From Trueperaceae bacterium (lineage in GTDB: Bacteria; Deinococcota; Deinococci; Deinococcales; Trueperaceae), in the NCBI GenBank assembly GCA_034520945.1, contig JAXHNB010000006.1:224001-288000 (forward strand): a stretch of 64,000 bases of DNA. Reading direction: 5' to 3'. A program made the translations under genes and the position numbers. This document shows, piece by piece, positions 42,167-51,591 of the stretch (positions are counted from its first letter, which is position 1; each line of letters starts with the position of its first letter). Below the pieces are notes generated by a model. It saw nothing but the letters and a program-made list of their open reading frames with translations, had not been told where the DNA came from and did no database searches.

Positions 42167-42849
42167 TCGCGCTGGCCGCGCTGCTCGGCACCGTGGCCGC
42201 GTACCTCCTGGCGGTGCGGATCGACCTCGCGGTGCGGCGTCCCTGGACCAACCCCGTCGGCCTGAGCGTATTGGCGTGGGTGGGGGTCGTTGCCGCCGGG
42301 GTGGTGAGCCTGGACGTCTACCAGCAGGGGACACGGCCGCTGGTGTGGGCGCTGCGGCCGGCGGTGGTGGCGTTGGGGTGGGTGATGTACCGCCAGCGTG
42401 CGGCGCTCGCGCGGTGGGGGCTCCCGCTGGTGGCGGGCGTCGGGGCCGGCAGCGTGGTCAGCCTGCTGGCCACGCCGCTTCTGGCGCGGGCGCTGGGCGC
42501 CGACGCGGTCTTGCAGCGCGCCTTGGCGCTCAAGTCGGTGACCTCGGCGGTGGGGGTGGACCTGGCCGGCCGGCTCGGCGCGGACGCGGCGTTGGCGGTG
42601 CCGTTCATCATCGTGACCGGCATCCTGGGGGCGGCGTTCGGGCCGCCGCTCCTCCGCCTGCTCGGTGTGCGCCGTCCCGAGACGCTCGGCGTGGCGTTGG
42701 GCACCAACAGCCACGGCATCGGCACCGCCGCCGTCGCGGCGACGGGGCACGAGCGCGCGGTGGCGCTGTCGGGCCTGGCGATGGGCCTTGCGGCGGTGGG
42801 TACGGCACTCCTGGCGCCATGGGCGTTCGCGCTGTTGGGGTTGGGCTGA
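42163..42849 (+). CDS. lrgB: LrgB family membrane protein
   Basis: PAVVALG, KSVTSAV, GTNSHGIGTA. Confidence 0.88.
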   Translation: MIALAALLGTVAAYLLAVRIDLAVRRPWTNPVGLSVLAWVGVVAAGVVSLDVYQQGTRPLVWALRPAVVALGWVMYRQRAALARWGLPLVAGVGAGSVVSLLATPLLARALGADAVLQRALALKSVTSAVGVDLAGRLGADAALAVPFIIVTGILGAAFGPPLLRLLGVRRPETLGVALGTNSHGIGTAAVAATGHERAVALSGLAMGLAAVGTALLAPWAFALLGLG

Positions 42850-42856
42850 CGCTGGG

Positions 42857-43282
42857 TCAGTCCGAGTCGCCGGGCACGTCGCCGGCGTCCCGCAACAACC
42901 GGGCGGCCTGGGCGCGCAGCTCCTCGCGGCGCGTATGGGCGGCGCGTTCGCGGTCGCGCGCGCGCTCGTCGCGCCGCGCCTCGCGCATCAGGTAGTGGCG
43001 CGACACCGGCAGCGTCGGCGCCTCGAACGTCATGGGCGGGGGCGTCAGGTCGCAGCGCGCGTCCAGCTCCTGCTTCAAGAGGGTGCGGAAGCCCAGCGCG
43101 TGGCCGGGCTCGTCGACGCGTTCGCGGGCGCGGGCCATCAGCGCCTCCAGTTCGTCCATTGCCAGGTCGGCCCAGGCGGCCCGTTCGGGGGCTTCGTTCA
43201 GCAGCGTCTCGTACAGCGGGCCGAAGGCGGCCCGTAGCCGACGGGGGACCTCCCCAGGGGTGCGCGGAGCAGGACGAACCAC
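42857..43282 (-). CDS. Hypothetical protein
   Basis: 141-aa helical ORF filling the gap; TATGCT -10 six nt before GTG. Confidence 0.6.
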   Translation of the reverse strand: MVRPAPRTPGEVPRRLRAAFGPLYETLLNEAPERAAWADLAMDELEALMARARERVDEPGHALGFRTLLKQELDARCDLTPPPMTFEAPTLPVSRHYLMREARRDERARDRERAAHTRREELRAQAARLLRDAGDVPGDSD

Positions 43283-43321
43283 GCCTTCAGCATACCGCCG
43301 CGCCCGTGCGCGTCCGGGCGC

Positions 43322-44359
43322 TCACGCCAGCAAGACCAAGGCGAAGCCGCTGGTCAGTGCGGCGGCGAAGGCCAGGACGAGGTACCACGCGAACACGCTG
43401 CGCCGGACCAGGGGCAGCACGGCCATCGCGGCCGGGATGCTGGTGGCGCCGCCGGCCACCATGAACGCCAGGCCCGCGCCGGCCGGGAGGCCCAACTCCA
43501 TCAGCCCCGCCACGGTCGGGATGGCGGCGTAGCCGTTCAGGTAGGCGGGCACGCCCAGCACCGCCGCGGCGGGCACCGAGGCCCAGCCCGCGCCGAGGGT
43601 CGCGCCGATGGCGTCGGCCGGGATCCAGGCCAGCATCAGGCTCTCCAGCAAGAACGCCAGGGCGAGCCACACCAACAGGTAGCCCCCCACCTCACCCGCG
43701 GCGCGCACGAACGCCGCCCGGCGCGCAGGCTCCCGCCAGAAACGCCCCACGGTCTCGCCCGACAGGGCGGCGTCGCAGGCGCACTGGATGCGCCGCAGCG
43801 GGTTGGCGAATACGTGGCTGCGTTGCAGCGCCCAGGTGGCGTAGCCGGCCAGGAGGCCGGTCCCGATCGCCGCGGCCAGGCGTGCCAGCGCGAAGGTCGT
43901 GCCGAGTTCGCCCAGGGTGAGGACGAACATCTCGGGATCCATCAGCGGCGACGCCAGCCAGAAGGCCATCACGCCCGGCAGGGGCGTGCCTGCTGCCAGC
44001 AGCGCTGCGACGACCGGCACCACACCGCAGGAGCAGAAGGGACTGATCGCCCCGAACAGGGCGGCGACCGGCACCACGACGGCCAGCCGCCCGGCGAAGG
44101 CGCGGGCTGCCAGGCGGTCCAGGCCGCTGGCGCGGCTCCAGGCGGCGAACACGACCGACACGGCGAGAAAGGGGGCCAGCCGCAGCAGGCTCTCGGCGGT
44201 GAACGCGAGGCTGCGCGCCGCCTGGTCCGGCGCCGTCGCGCTCAGGAGGGCCAGCGTGAGCGGGATGGCCCACAGCGCCTTGTCGGCGCGACGGACGGCC
44301 TGGGCGGCCGTGGTCGCGGCGCGGCGAAGGGCGGGGGGTACGGGCGCGGCGTCGAGCAT
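43322..44359 (-). CDS. ArsP/DUF318-family permease
   Basis: SPFCSCGVVP, FWLASPLMDP, YLNGYAAIP, GGATSIPA; next to arsR. Confidence 0.88.
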   Translation of the reverse strand: MLDAAPVPPALRRAATTAAQAVRRADKALWAIPLTLALLSATAPDQAARSLAFTAESLLRLAPFLAVSVVFAAWSRASGLDRLAARAFAGRLAVVVPVAALFGAISPFCSCGVVPVVAALLAAGTPLPGVMAFWLASPLMDPEMFVLTLGELGTTFALARLAAAIGTGLLAGYATWALQRSHVFANPLRRIQCACDAALSGETVGRFWREPARRAAFVRAAGEVGGYLLVWLALAFLLESLMLAWIPADAIGATLGAGWASVPAAAVLGVPAYLNGYAAIPTVAGLMELGLPAGAGLAFMVAGGATSIPAAMAVLPLVRRSVFAWYLVLAFAAALTSGFALVLLA

Positions 44360-44376
44360 CGGCGACCTCCTGTGTC

Positions 44377-44390
44377 ACTAGATAACTAGA
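44377..44390. promoter_or_regulatory. Candidate ArsR operator upstream of the permease
   Basis: ACTAGATAACTAGA, a near-copy of the palindrome at 44809-44824. Confidence 0.6.
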
Positions 44391-44452
44391 GATGTAGGTA
44401 GTTTAGGCCAAATCGAAGCGGCGCGACCTCGGGACGCGCCGCGTGTCGGTCC

Positions 44453-44773
44453 TCAGGCAGCGTCGTGGGAGGCGGCGGTCGCCCGTTCGTCGGCGCAACA
44501 CTCCGCGGTCAGGTAGCCCACCAGGGCATCCATGGTCTCGTAGCGTGCGTGGCAGACGACGGTGGCGCCGCGCTTCTCCTGGCCCACCAGTCCGGCGGCG
44601 ACGAGCTTGTTCAGGTGGTGCGACAGGGTCGAGCGCGGCACGCCCCCAAGCGAGCGTTGTAGCTCGTTGATGGAGGACCCCGTGCGGCCGGCCCGCATCA
44701 ACTCCCGGTAGGCACCCAGTCGGAACGGGTGTCCGAGTGCTTGCATGGCGTCGACGGCGTCCGAGCTCTTCAT
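44453..44773 (-). CDS. ArsR/SmtB family regulator
   Basis: ALGHPFRL, STLSHHLNKLVAAGLV; C-terminal ECC. Confidence 0.92.
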   Translation of the reverse strand: MKSSDAVDAMQALGHPFRLGAYRELMRAGRTGSSINELQRSLGGVPRSTLSHHLNKLVAAGLVGQEKRGATVVCHARYETMDALVGYLTAECCADERATAASHDAA

Positions 44774-44780
44774 GGCGCCG

Positions 44781-44824
44781 AAGGTAGCACGGCCCCGTGC
44801 GGCGTGTCAACTAGATATCTAGTT
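44781..44824 (-). promoter_or_regulatory. arsR promoter (TTGACA-N18-TACCTT) with an overlapping perfect 16-bp palindrome
   Basis: AACTAGATATCTAGTT at 44809-44824 overlaps the -35 (44805-44810); -10 at 44781-44786, 7 nt before ATG. Confidence 0.75.
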
Positions 44825-44872
44825 ATGTCGTGTCTACAGTGCCGCGCGAGGGCGTCCGCACGACGCCGTCCG

Positions 44873-45547
44873 TCACTCGTCCCATGCGGCCTCGATCGCC
44901 CGGATGGCCGGCGTCACCGGGCGGCCCAGCCCTTCGGTCCGGTGGCTTGGCACGCCGTCGCCATCGAGCACGGTGATCAGGTTCGAGTGGCTGAACATGC
45001 CGTTGCCTGCGGGGCGGTAGCGCACGCCGAGAAGCGCAGCCAGCGCGCGCGTGTCGTGGGGCGCGCCCACGGCGAAGCGCCAGCGTGGATCGTCGAGGTC
45101 GTTCTCACGCACGTAGCGTGCCAGGCGCGCTGGTGCATCGCGTTCCGGGTCGAAGCTGACGATCAGCACGCGGGTGTCGTCCTGCACCTCGGGGGGAAGG
45201 GCGCCGAAGGTGCGGGCGGCGTCGCGCACCAGGATGGGGCAGGCGGTCTCGCAGCTGGCGTAGATCATGGTGATCAGCACCGGATGGCCGCGAAGGTCGG
45301 CCAACTGGAACGATGCCCCGTGCGAATCGGTCCAGGTCGCGTCCAGGTGGTACAGCGACGTGCCGGGAAGGCTGGAGGTGGCGGGCGGCGAACCGGGCCG
45401 GTTCACGTGGACCGCGCCGGTAGGGTCGGGGCCCGGTTCCGCCCTCGGGGCGTCGCCGTAGCCCGTGGCCAGCGTCAGCAGCACCGCCGTGGCCAGGGCG
45501 AGCTTGGGGGGAAACCGGCGGAACGTGCGGCGAACGAGGAGAAGCAT
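44873..45547 (-). CDS. SCO1/SenC family copper chaperone
   Basis: YASCETACP (CxxxC), SFDPERD, FSHS. Confidence 0.9.
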   Translation of the reverse strand: MLLLVRRTFRRFPPKLALATAVLLTLATGYGDAPRAEPGPDPTGAVHVNRPGSPPATSSLPGTSLYHLDATWTDSHGASFQLADLRGHPVLITMIYASCETACPILVRDAARTFGALPPEVQDDTRVLIVSFDPERDAPARLARYVRENDLDDPRWRFAVGAPHDTRALAALLGVRYRPAGNGMFSHSNLITVLDGDGVPSHRTEGLGRPVTPAIRAIEAAWDE

Positions 45548-45561
45548 GACTGACCTCCGAG

Positions 45562-46386
45562 TCAGCGTGCGCAGCGGAAGCCGAGGGCGGCGGCGGCCGA
45601 GGCAGGAGAGAGGCTGGTGCGCATGGCGTAGCGCATGAAGGCGGGGTAGTCGGTGCGGTCGCGCGCGCCAATGCTGGCACCGCCGCACACGCGGGCCACG
45701 TCGACATCTCCTGCGTTGCGGCTGTCGGCCTGGGTGATCGAGGCCCAGGGATCCTCGACCCATTCCCACACGCCCTCGTGCAGGTCCTGGATTCCGAACG
45801 CGTTGGGCAGCCCGTGGCCGACCGGCACGGGGTCGCTGCTCCGGGAGGCGTAGATCGCCATCAGCTCGGTCGTGCGCGTGCGATCCCCGCTGGCGTCGGT
45901 GCGGGTGTGGTCGGCGCGGGCCGCGACCTCCCATTCGTCTTCGCTCGGGAGTCGCAGGCCGGCGGCGTCGCAGTACGCCGCGGCGGCGAACCAGGAGACA
46001 TAGCTGACCGGCGCGTCGGGATGGGCGTCGCCGAGGTCGTGCGGCCCCGCCCAGTGCGCCAGGTACGCCGGGTTGGCGAACACCTCCGGCGGAGCGCCCT
46101 TGGCCCATTCGGGGTGCGTGCGGACGAAGGCGAGGTAGTCCGCGTTCGTGACCGGCAGCACCTGCATCTCGAAGGCGGGCACCGCGTGCGCGCCCTCGCC
46201 CGCCACCGGATAGAACGGCGCCAGTCGTGTCGCGGGTACCGTCGCCAGCGCGGGGTCGGCGCGGTCGGCGCCGTCTTCGGCCAGCGCGCAGGCCGCGGCC
46301 GCCCAAACGAGCGCGAGCAGGGCGGCACGAACCGCGCGCCGCGCGGGACGTCGAAGCGGGGTGGGGCGGGCGATCGGACCGGGCAT
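45562..46386 (-). CDS. FGE-sulfatase domain protein (NirV-like)
   Basis: PVTNADY, PVSYVSWFAAAAYC, RLPSEDEWE, VWEWV, LGFRCA; downstream of nirK; start uncertain. Confidence 0.87.
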   Translation of the reverse strand: MPGPIARPTPLRRPARRAVRAALLALVWAAAACALAEDGADRADPALATVPATRLAPFYPVAGEGAHAVPAFEMQVLPVTNADYLAFVRTHPEWAKGAPPEVFANPAYLAHWAGPHDLGDAHPDAPVSYVSWFAAAAYCDAAGLRLPSEDEWEVAARADHTRTDASGDRTRTTELMAIYASRSSDPVPVGHGLPNAFGIQDLHEGVWEWVEDPWASITQADSRNAGDVDVARVCGGASIGARDRTDYPAFMRYAMRTSLSPASAAAALGFRCAR

Positions 46387-46469
46387 GGGGACACTCCTCA
46401 TCGGGGCGGGGTGGGACCGTTGGCGGCCCGGACCTGGGAAGGGCCGGGCCATTGGGCTACGCTCCGGGG

Positions 46470-47696
46470 TCAGTTCGGCAGGTCGGGGGCGTCGGCCGGG
46501 TCGAAGGGGCGTTCGAACTGTCGCTCGGTGAACAGTTCGTGGTTCTCTTCGCCGTTCACCACGATCTGCCCCAGCGTGCCCTTGTGGAAGGTACGGAAGA
46601 TGCTGTGGTCGACCAGGTTGAGGGTGGAGGGGACCTCGACGCCGAACTCGACCATGACCGAGCCGCCCGCCGGGATCAGCGTCGTCTGCACGTTCTCGTT
46701 GACCTGCGAGCCGCCTTCCACGTAGACGCGGTCGAAGATCTCGCCGATCACGTGGAAGCTGGAGGCCAGGTTGGGGCCGCCGTTGCCGACGAACATGCGG
46801 ATCGTCTCGCCGACCTCGGCACGGAGGGCGTTATCGCCGGCGATGGCGCCCACGCTGCCGTTGAACACCACGTAGGACGGGTCCTCGTCGATCGCGCGTT
46901 CCATGTCGAACGGCTGGTGCCCCTTCTCGCCGTAGTCGCCGGGGGTGTAGAAGTCGCCCTGCACCACGTAGAACTCGCGGTCGACCTCGGGCCAACCGCC
47001 CTCCGGCTCGACGACGATCAGGCCGTACATGCCGTTGCCGATGTGCATCCCCACCGGCGCCGTGGCGCAGTGGTAGATGTACACGCCGGGATTCAGCGCC
47101 CGGAAGGTGACGCCGGTCTCGTGTCCCGGCATGGTCAGGGTGGCTTCGGCGCCGCCGCCGGTACCGGTGACGGCGTGAAGGTCGATGTTGTGCGGCATGG
47201 TGCTGTCGTGCGCGTTCTTCATGGTCAGGCGAACCGCATCGCCCTCGCGGACCCGAATCATCGGCCCCGGCACGCTGCCGTTGAAGGTCCAGAAGGTGTA
47301 GTCCACGCCATCCGCCATGCGCATGGTCTCTTCGGTGGTGATCAGCTCGACGTCGACCAGGGCGGGGTAATCGCGGTCGACGGGCGGTGCGGCCGCGGGG
47401 GCGTACCCGAGCTCGGCCTCGACGACGGGAAGCTCGTCCACCGCGGTCAGGGCCATGGGGTCGAAAGCTTCGAGGGGCAGCGTCAGGTCGTGTCCCGTGG
47501 CGTCCGCCTCGGCGGACGGGGGTTGGGTGTCGGTGGAGGGGGCGGTGGACTCGGCGTGGGCGACGCCGCCGGGGGTGCCCGTGAGCGCAGCGGTCAGGCC
47601 GAGGGCGCCCAGCACGGCGATGACCATCGCGGCGACGATCCAGACGCTGGAGGGCAGATGGCTGGCGGTGGGGCGGGGATCATTGGGGTCGGACAT
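46470..47696 (-). CDS. nirK: Copper-containing nitrite reductase
   Basis: [38 protein letters not shown]: type 1 and type 2 Cu ligands plus catalytic Asp/His; N-terminal TM/signal. Confidence 0.95.
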   Translation of the reverse strand: MSDPNDPRPTASHLPSSVWIVAAMVIAVLGALGLTAALTGTPGGVAHAESTAPSTDTQPPSAEADATGHDLTLPLEAFDPMALTAVDELPVVEAELGYAPAAAPPVDRDYPALVDVELITTEETMRMADGVDYTFWTFNGSVPGPMIRVREGDAVRLTMKNAHDSTMPHNIDLHAVTGTGGGAEATLTMPGHETGVTFRALNPGVYIYHCATAPVGMHIGNGMYGLIVVEPEGGWPEVDREFYVVQGDFYTPGDYGEKGHQPFDMERAIDEDPSYVVFNGSVGAIAGDNALRAEVGETIRMFVGNGGPNLASSFHVIGEIFDRVYVEGGSQVNENVQTTLIPAGGSVMVEFGVEVPSTLNLVDHSIFRTFHKGTLGQIVVNGEENHELFTERQFERPFDPADAPDLPN

Positions 47697-47748
47697 GGGG
47701 TTCTCCCTTCGAGGATCGGTGGGGTCCGATCGCGATGGAGGGAGACTA

Positions 47749-47770
47749 ACTAGGATGTATACCTCCAAGT
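47749..47770. promoter_or_regulatory. 22-bp imperfect palindrome upstream of nirK
   Basis: ACTAGGATGTATACCTCCAAGT, 18/22 symmetric, AT-rich within a GC-rich context. Confidence 0.55.
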
Positions 47771-47842
47771 AGGGACGCACGTCCCCATCTTGAGCCGCAT
47801 GGACGCGCGCGCCCGCTTGGACCCGCGCGGTACCCTTCGGCC

Positions 47843-48976
47843 ATGGAGGATCCCACCGCACTCCTGGCCGACCTCGTCCGCATCGATTCGGTCAATCCGG
47901 GCCTGGAGCCGGGACGGCCCGGCGAGGCCGCCATCGCCCGCTACGTCCGCGACTGGGCCGAAGCGCGCGGCCTGCAGACGCGGTGGATCGAGCCCGCCCG
48001 CGGACGGCCCGGCGTGATCGTGCGCGCGCCGGGGCGGGGCGGAGGCCGCACGCTGATGTGGAACGCGCACCTCGACACCGTCGGCGTGGCCGGCATGGAG
48101 GCGCCGTTCGAGCCCGCCGTTCGCGACGGACGCATGTACGGACGGGGCACCATGGACATGAAGGCCAGCCTGGCGGCCGCGCTGAGCGCGTTGCAGGCCG
48201 TCGCCCCGCTCGGCCTCGCCGGGGACGTGGTGCTGACCGCCGTGCCCGACGAGGAGGAGGGCAGCGTCGGCACCATGGCGGTCGCGCGCGAGGTGTCCGC
48301 CGACGCCGCCATGGTGCTGGAGCCGACCGACCTCGACCTGCACGTCGCCCATCGTGGCTTCACCATCGCCGAGGTGACGTTGTACGGCAAGGCGTCGCAC
48401 ACCTCGCGGCCACACGAGGGGGTGAACGCCGTCACGCACCTCGGTCGCCTGCTGGCCGCGGTCGAAGCGCACGACGCCGCCCTCCGGCGCGCCGAACCGC
48501 ACCCCCTGCTCGGGCACGGCGCGCTGCAGGCGGTCGCCGCCGAAGGGGGCCGCGAGTTGTTCACCACGCCGGATCGTGCGCGCGCGGTATTGGAGCGACG
48601 GACCCTGCCCCGTGAACGCCCCGCGGCGGTGCGAGAGGAGGTGCTGGCGTTGCTGGGGGAGCTGCGCCACGCGGACGGCGCCGTGCAGGCGGAGGCGACC
48701 TTCCCCCTGGAACGCGCCGCGTTCGAGACGCCAGCGGAAACCGACATCGTGGAGATGCTGGCCGCCGCCTGCGAACGCGTCACCGGACGGACGCCCGCGC
48801 GGCGCGGCGCGCCCTACTGGACCGACGCCGCCCTCCTCGGCGAGGCCGGCGTGCCGGCGGTGCTGTTCGGGCCCGTCGGCGGCGGCATCCACCAACCCGG
48901 CGAATGGGTCGACCTGGCCTCGGTGGACACGCTCCGCCGCGTCCTCGAGGAGAGCGCGCGGGCGTACTGCGGGTAG
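47843..48976 (+). CDS. M20 family metallopeptidase/deacylase (ArgE/DapE-like)
   Basis: [31 protein letters not shown]. Confidence 0.9.
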   Translation: MEDPTALLADLVRIDSVNPGLEPGRPGEAAIARYVRDWAEARGLQTRWIEPARGRPGVIVRAPGRGGGRTLMWNAHLDTVGVAGMEAPFEPAVRDGRMYGRGTMDMKASLAAALSALQAVAPLGLAGDVVLTAVPDEEEGSVGTMAVAREVSADAAMVLEPTDLDLHVAHRGFTIAEVTLYGKASHTSRPHEGVNAVTHLGRLLAAVEAHDAALRRAEPHPLLGHGALQAVAAEGGRELFTTPDRARAVLERRTLPRERPAAVREEVLALLGELRHADGAVQAEATFPLERAAFETPAETDIVEMLAAACERVTGRTPARRGAPYWTDAALLGEAGVPAVLFGPVGGGIHQPGEWVDLASVDTLRRVLEESARAYCG

Positions 48977-48983
48977 GCGGCGC

Positions 48984-50522
48984 TCAGCTCGGTTCGGCGT
49001 TCACGCCGGCCAGCCACGCGCCGGCCGGGACCTCTTCCTCCACCACCGAGGCGCGCCCATCCGCACGGAACACCGAGAACAGACCCAGAACTTCGGATCG
49101 CATGGTCTCGAGGCAGTTGGAGACCAGATCGTTGCGGTAGCCGCGGTCTCCGAACTCGATCACGAACTCCATGGTGATCACGCGCCCGAGCACGCGCCCA
49201 AAGTCCACCACGTTCCGCTGAATCATGTCCGGCTCGATGCGGACGTCGAGGACGTCGCCGAGGTGTTCCGCCGCTCGGCTGGCGGGCTCGAAACCGCGGA
49301 GGAACGCCCCCAGGTTCGTCTGCTTGGCGCGGCGCATCTGCTTGAGGACCGCTTCCGCCAGTTGTTCGTACAGGATGTCGTTGCTGCCTTCGAAGATCTG
49401 GAACGGCCGGCTGTCGACGGTGGCGCGGCCCGCGATGTGGTCCAGGCGGTACCCCTTGGCGCCCACCAGCTGCAGCAGGGATTGTGACGCGTCGTGCATC
49501 ATGTCGGTCAGCACGGCCTTGGTGGCGTTGGCGGTGACGCTCTCCTTGGAAAGGTCAGCGCCAACGTGCGCCGTCTCCGCCGCATGCACGCACATGGCCG
49601 CAGCCGCCGTCACCGACGCTTGGAGGTGGGCCACCCGGCGCTGGACCTGGTCGTACCCCAGAAGGCTCCGCCCGCCGACGTAACGCTCGCGGACGTGCGT
49701 CAATGCCTCGTCCGCCATGCGGCGCAGGAAGCCGAGACCCATGCCGGGAAACTGGATGCGGCTGCGGTGCAGCATGTCGAGCATCATTTTGACGCCGGTC
49801 CGGTCGGGCTGCAGGCGCTGCGCCTCCGGGACCCACACGTCGACGCGGTTGCGTCCGTAGGGGATCAGGTACAGGCCCAGGTTCTCGAAACGTTCCTCGA
49901 CCTGGACCTGTTGCGGCGGCCGGTGGGCGTCGCACACGAAGAAGCCCACGTCGCGGGTCAGTTGCCCGTCCTCGCCGCGGGCACGCGCCGTCATCAGCCA
50001 GTAGTCCGCCAACCCGGTGAGCCCGGCCCAATGCTTGGTGCCGCGGATGCGGTAGCCGTCCGCTTCGGGCACGTACGCGGTCTCCATGCTCAGCGCGTCC
50101 GAGCCGTAGTCGGGTTCGGTCATCATCAGGCCGCCCATGTTCTGGTGCTCGAGGAAGCGCGTGAAGATCTCGCCCTTGATCTCCTCCCGCCCGTACTTCG
50201 ACAGCGGCTGAAGGAACAACGCCCCGTTGATGCCGATCGTCAACGACAGGGCCAACGATTCGTAGGCGGCTGCTTCCAGCACGGCGAGCCCCTCGTGCAC
50301 CTTCTCGCCCCGCCCTCCGTACGCGCTGGGGATGAACACCGACAGCGGCCGACGGGCCAGGATGGCGCGCAACTCCGACGGCGGAAGACCCCGAACCAGG
50401 TGCATCCGCTCCGGCTCGGGGGGCTGGCGGAACACGCGGTGCAGCACCTGGCGGAACTCGGCCAGGAACGCGTCGAGGTCGGTCGTGTGCGCGGCGGTCT
50501 CTCGGGGTCGGGTCTGATCCAT
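48984..50522 (-). CDS. Acyl-CoA dehydrogenase family protein
   Basis: MTEPDYGSD, GTKHWAG, VGAKGY, QIFEGSNDI. Confidence 0.9.
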   Translation of the reverse strand: MDQTRPRETAAHTTDLDAFLAEFRQVLHRVFRQPPEPERMHLVRGLPPSELRAILARRPLSVFIPSAYGGRGEKVHEGLAVLEAAAYESLALSLTIGINGALFLQPLSKYGREEIKGEIFTRFLEHQNMGGLMMTEPDYGSDALSMETAYVPEADGYRIRGTKHWAGLTGLADYWLMTARARGEDGQLTRDVGFFVCDAHRPPQQVQVEERFENLGLYLIPYGRNRVDVWVPEAQRLQPDRTGVKMMLDMLHRSRIQFPGMGLGFLRRMADEALTHVRERYVGGRSLLGYDQVQRRVAHLQASVTAAAAMCVHAAETAHVGADLSKESVTANATKAVLTDMMHDASQSLLQLVGAKGYRLDHIAGRATVDSRPFQIFEGSNDILYEQLAEAVLKQMRRAKQTNLGAFLRGFEPASRAAEHLGDVLDVRIEPDMIQRNVVDFGRVLGRVITMEFVIEFGDRGYRNDLVSNCLETMRSEVLGLFSVFRADGRASVVEEEVPAGAWLAGVNAEPS

Positions 50523-50736
50523 GAATGTCCGTTCGCAGTGGGATTCGCTGCGCCTCGCAGGCGAGCAGGTCGTGCGGCCGGGCGGCCTAGGGCCCTGATC
50601 CGCGGGCTGTACGTACGTGTGTGGCGCGGGCCCTCGGGCGAGGCCTGCGCCCAACGCACTACTGCTCCGAGGGTACCGCATGCGGCACGCCCGGCGCGAG
50701 CGCAGGAAGCCCCCGCCGCAGCGGTAGCATGTGCAC

Positions 50737-51540
50737 GTGGGGTTCAAGGAGCGGCTCGGACACATCATCTTCGAGACCGACACGCCTGCTGCACGGGCGT
50801 TCGACGTCGCGCTGCTGTGGGCCATCGTCGTCAGCGTGCTCCTGGTCGTGCTCGAGAGCGTGGCGTCGGTGCGGGCGCGCTACGGCGAGCTGCTGCGCAC
50901 GCTGGAGTGGGGCTTCACCGTCTTGTTCACCCTCGAGTATGCGCTGCGCGTCTACGCCGCCCGCCGCCGCCTAGGCTACGTGCGCAGCTTCTACGGTGTG
51001 GTCGACCTGCTGGCGGTGGTGCCGACCTACCTGACCCTGGTGCTGGCCGGCACGCAGTACTTCGTGGTGCTGCGCTCGCTGCGCCTGCTCCGCGTCTTCC
51101 GCGTGTTCAAGCTCTCCCGCTACCTCGGCGAGGCGGGCGTGCTGGCCACGGCGCTGCGCGCCAGCCGCGAGAAGATCATCGTGTTCCTCACCGCCGTGTT
51201 GTCGGTGGTGCTGATCATCGGCGCGACCATGTATCTGGTGGAGGGGCCGGCGCACGGGTTCGACAGCATCCCGGTCGCGATCTACTGGGCGATCGTCACG
51301 CTGACCACCGTCGGGTACGGCGACATCTCGCCCGTCACGCCGTTCGGCAAGGCGCTGGCAGCGGTGGTAATGATCCTCGGCTACGGCATCATCGCGGTGC
51401 CGACCGGCATCGTCACCACCGAGCTGACGCGTGCGGGCTTCGGCGGTCCGCCGCGCGTCCATCGCCCCTGTCCCTCCTGCGGCACCGAGACGCACGAGGC
51501 GGACGCCACCCACTGCCGGCGGTGCGGCACCACGTTGTGA
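50737..51540 (+). CDS. Voltage-gated potassium channel-like ion transporter with C-terminal Zn ribbon
   Basis: S4 RSLRLLRVFRVFKLSR, filter TTVGYGD, CPSC...CRRC. Confidence 0.92.
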   Translation: MGFKERLGHIIFETDTPAARAFDVALLWAIVVSVLLVVLESVASVRARYGELLRTLEWGFTVLFTLEYALRVYAARRRLGYVRSFYGVVDLLAVVPTYLTLVLAGTQYFVVLRSLRLLRVFRVFKLSRYLGEAGVLATALRASREKIIVFLTAVLSVVLIIGATMYLVEGPAHGFDSIPVAIYWAIVTLTTVGYGDISPVTPFGKALAAVVMILGYGIIAVPTGIVTTELTRAGFGGPPRVHRPCPSCGTETHEADATHCRRCGTTL

Positions 51541-51563
51541 GCGGACCCCCGGAACCCAGCGCC

Positions 51564-51591
51564 GGTTGAGCGCGCTGGCGCGCGCTCAACC
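51564..51591. terminator. Hairpin at convergent gene ends
   Basis: 12-bp stem GGTTGAGCGCGC/GCGCGCTCAACC, 4-nt loop. Confidence 0.5.

Noticed and set aside
41759..42849. cidA/lrgB as a phage lysis cassette
   Set aside because: Ordinary chromosomal CidA/LrgB pair with no endolysin or phage context
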